Source: Carcharhinus amblyrhynchos (Eukaryota). From it: a DNA stretch of 64,000 nucleotides. The position numbers and the translations under genes are program-made. Below, piece by piece: positions 62,461 through 64,000 of the stretch; within the stretch, counting starts at the first letter, position 1, and each line of letters begins with the position of its first letter. The DNA lies in contig OZ336873.1 of the NCBI GenBank assembly GCA_965287045.1, forward strand, positions 96,348,001 to 96,412,000, read 5' to 3'. Under the pieces are notes generated by a model. It searched no databases. It was not told the DNA's origin and saw nothing but the letters and a program-made list of their open reading frames with translations.

Positions 62461-62976
62461 GCTCAATTGGAGTTACCGTTCAGGTAATGCATATTAGAAC
62501 AGGAAACTATGAACTTAATTAGATGATTAAAATCCAAGAAATTACTTTGATGTTACTAATAGATTTATATAAATTTCTCTGACCACAGTTCTAATGCAGG
62601 CATTCTAGTCTAATTGCTGTTATCAACTTCGCTGAAATAGCAGGCAAAGAGGTATCTCAACAACATATGGAGTTAATAGGTGGAATGTTATTTTGTTATC
62701 ACACCATTCCTGATGGTGGAACAGGAAGTGGGTGTCTCTTCTCTTTCTTTTTTGCTGGTTCCCCTGCAATTTGATTTAGAATGTAAACTGCTAGAGGCAT
62801 GCATGGGAATCATTTGCAATCACGAAGCGGGAAGCCTCTCTGGCGGAATTTGCTGAAAATGCAGCAGGTATGGGTGGGTTATAAAAGAGCTTCCTGGAAA
62901 AACAGGGAGGTTCTTCATCATTCACAACTTGCGTGTCCGACTCCATTGCTCATTAACATAAGAACTATTGAGAGTA

Positions 62977-63112
62977 CAATAAGAACTAAGAGCAGGAATA
63001 TGCCATTTGGCCCCTCGAGCCTGTCCCGCCATTCAGTAAAATCATGGCTGATTTCTTTCATGGACTCATCTCCACTTACTCATCCGCTCATCACAACTCT
63101 TAATTCCTTAAC
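62977..63112 (-). mobile_element. CR1 3'-tail fragment
   Basis: ataagaactaagagcaggaatatgccatttggcccctcgagcctgtcccgccattcagtaaaatcatggctgat matches the tail at 20835-20915. Confidence 0.85.
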
Positions 63113-63634
63113 AAAGATGGCAAGATTGTTTCAGACTTAAATTTCATTTGTAAATATTTCACATTGCATTGCACTTTATTCGTGGGTGTATCATTGCTAT
63201 TTGCTGAGACCAGCGTAGTCAGAGAGCTGCATGTATTGACATACATTGATGGTTACAGGGAGGTTGGAGAAAATTCATTATTTTTAAATCTTCCAAAGGA
63301 TGTGGGTGTCCTTGGCAGGGCAGCATTTGGTGCACACCCCTAATTTGTTCTTGAGCGGAGTGGCTTGTTAGGCAATTTCAGAAGGTAGCTGAGAATCAAC
63401 CACGTTGCCAAGGTCTGGAGTCATGTGTAGGCCAGGTCTGATAAGGGGGACAGATTTCCTTCACCTAAAGGACATTAGTGAACCAGATGAGACATAACAG
63501 GCTACAAGATGAAGGCATGTAAAATTGTGGCTCCAATGCACCCCTCCCTGATAAGCTCAACACATATGCTTGTTTTGAGCAAGAGGTCAGCAAGAGCATG
63601 CCTCCACCCTGGAAGCCTTGGATGAAGCTGTATA

Positions 63635-64000
63635 TGAGGTCACCATCACAGATGTCAGAGCAGCTTTCTCGAAGTTCACCCTTTGGAAAGTGACTGGCCT
63701 GAATGGGGTACTGGGATGAATACTCAGATCCTGCACGGATCAGCTGGCAAGGGTTTTGGAGACATCTTCAACCTCTTTTTACAACAATCTGAGATCGCTG
63801 TCTGCTTCTAGAAGACGACCGTCATCCTGGTCATCAATGTGCGGATTCACAAGAGATGGGTGAGATCCTAAATGATTATTTCTTATCAGTATTTACTGTT
63901 GAGAAAGGCATGAATGTTAGAGAACTTGGAGAAATAAGTAGTGATGTCTTGAGGAGTGTGCATATAACAGAGATGGAGGTGCTGGAAATCTTAAAGCGCG
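63635..64000 (+). mobile_element. Rex1-like RT fragment joined to a CR1 ORF2 fragment running off the window end
   Basis: ggaaagtgactggcctgaatggggta..gatcagctggca..gacatcttcaacctc (K..GP.GV..DQLA..DIFNL), then gagatgggtgagatcctaaatgattatttcttatcagtatttact (EMGEILNDYFLSVFT). Confidence 0.75.

Overview
Eukaryotic, repeat-dense genomic DNA from a cartilaginous fish (shark). The assignment rests on HE1/V-SINE-type tRNA-derived SINEs, DeuSINE (SacSINE1-like) relics and HER1/CR1 LINEs; the species cannot be fixed from sequence alone. I found no intact host protein-coding exon. Nearly every meaningful ORF in the track is a decayed transposon fragment: CR1, L2, RTE and Rex1 LINEs, two Gypsy LTR elements, one Ty1/Copia element with LTRs, tRNA-iMet PBS and TSD, and PIF/Harbinger relics and MITEs. 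The only clear host feature is a CpG-island promoter at about 47.0-48.7 kb with a probably non-coding first exon ending at a consensus donor (AAG|GTAAGA, 48013/48014); the rest of the window would then be intron 1 of an unidentified gene. Most notable observations: (i) tiny Penelope-type insertions of one family, two carrying a minimal hammerhead-ribozyme motif, found in three architectures (perfect fold-back, 5'-inverted, direct) inside other elements with target-site duplications; (ii) several independent fold-back or inverted duplications at retroelement ends; (iii) a SINE subfamily whose tail looks swapped from a CR1-type to a Rex1-type 3' end; (iv) a p53 half-site cluster about 5.3 kb upstream of the promoter. 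Family names come from recalled consensus motifs, not database searches, and boundaries of old elements are approximate. Nothing here is established as a new biological system.
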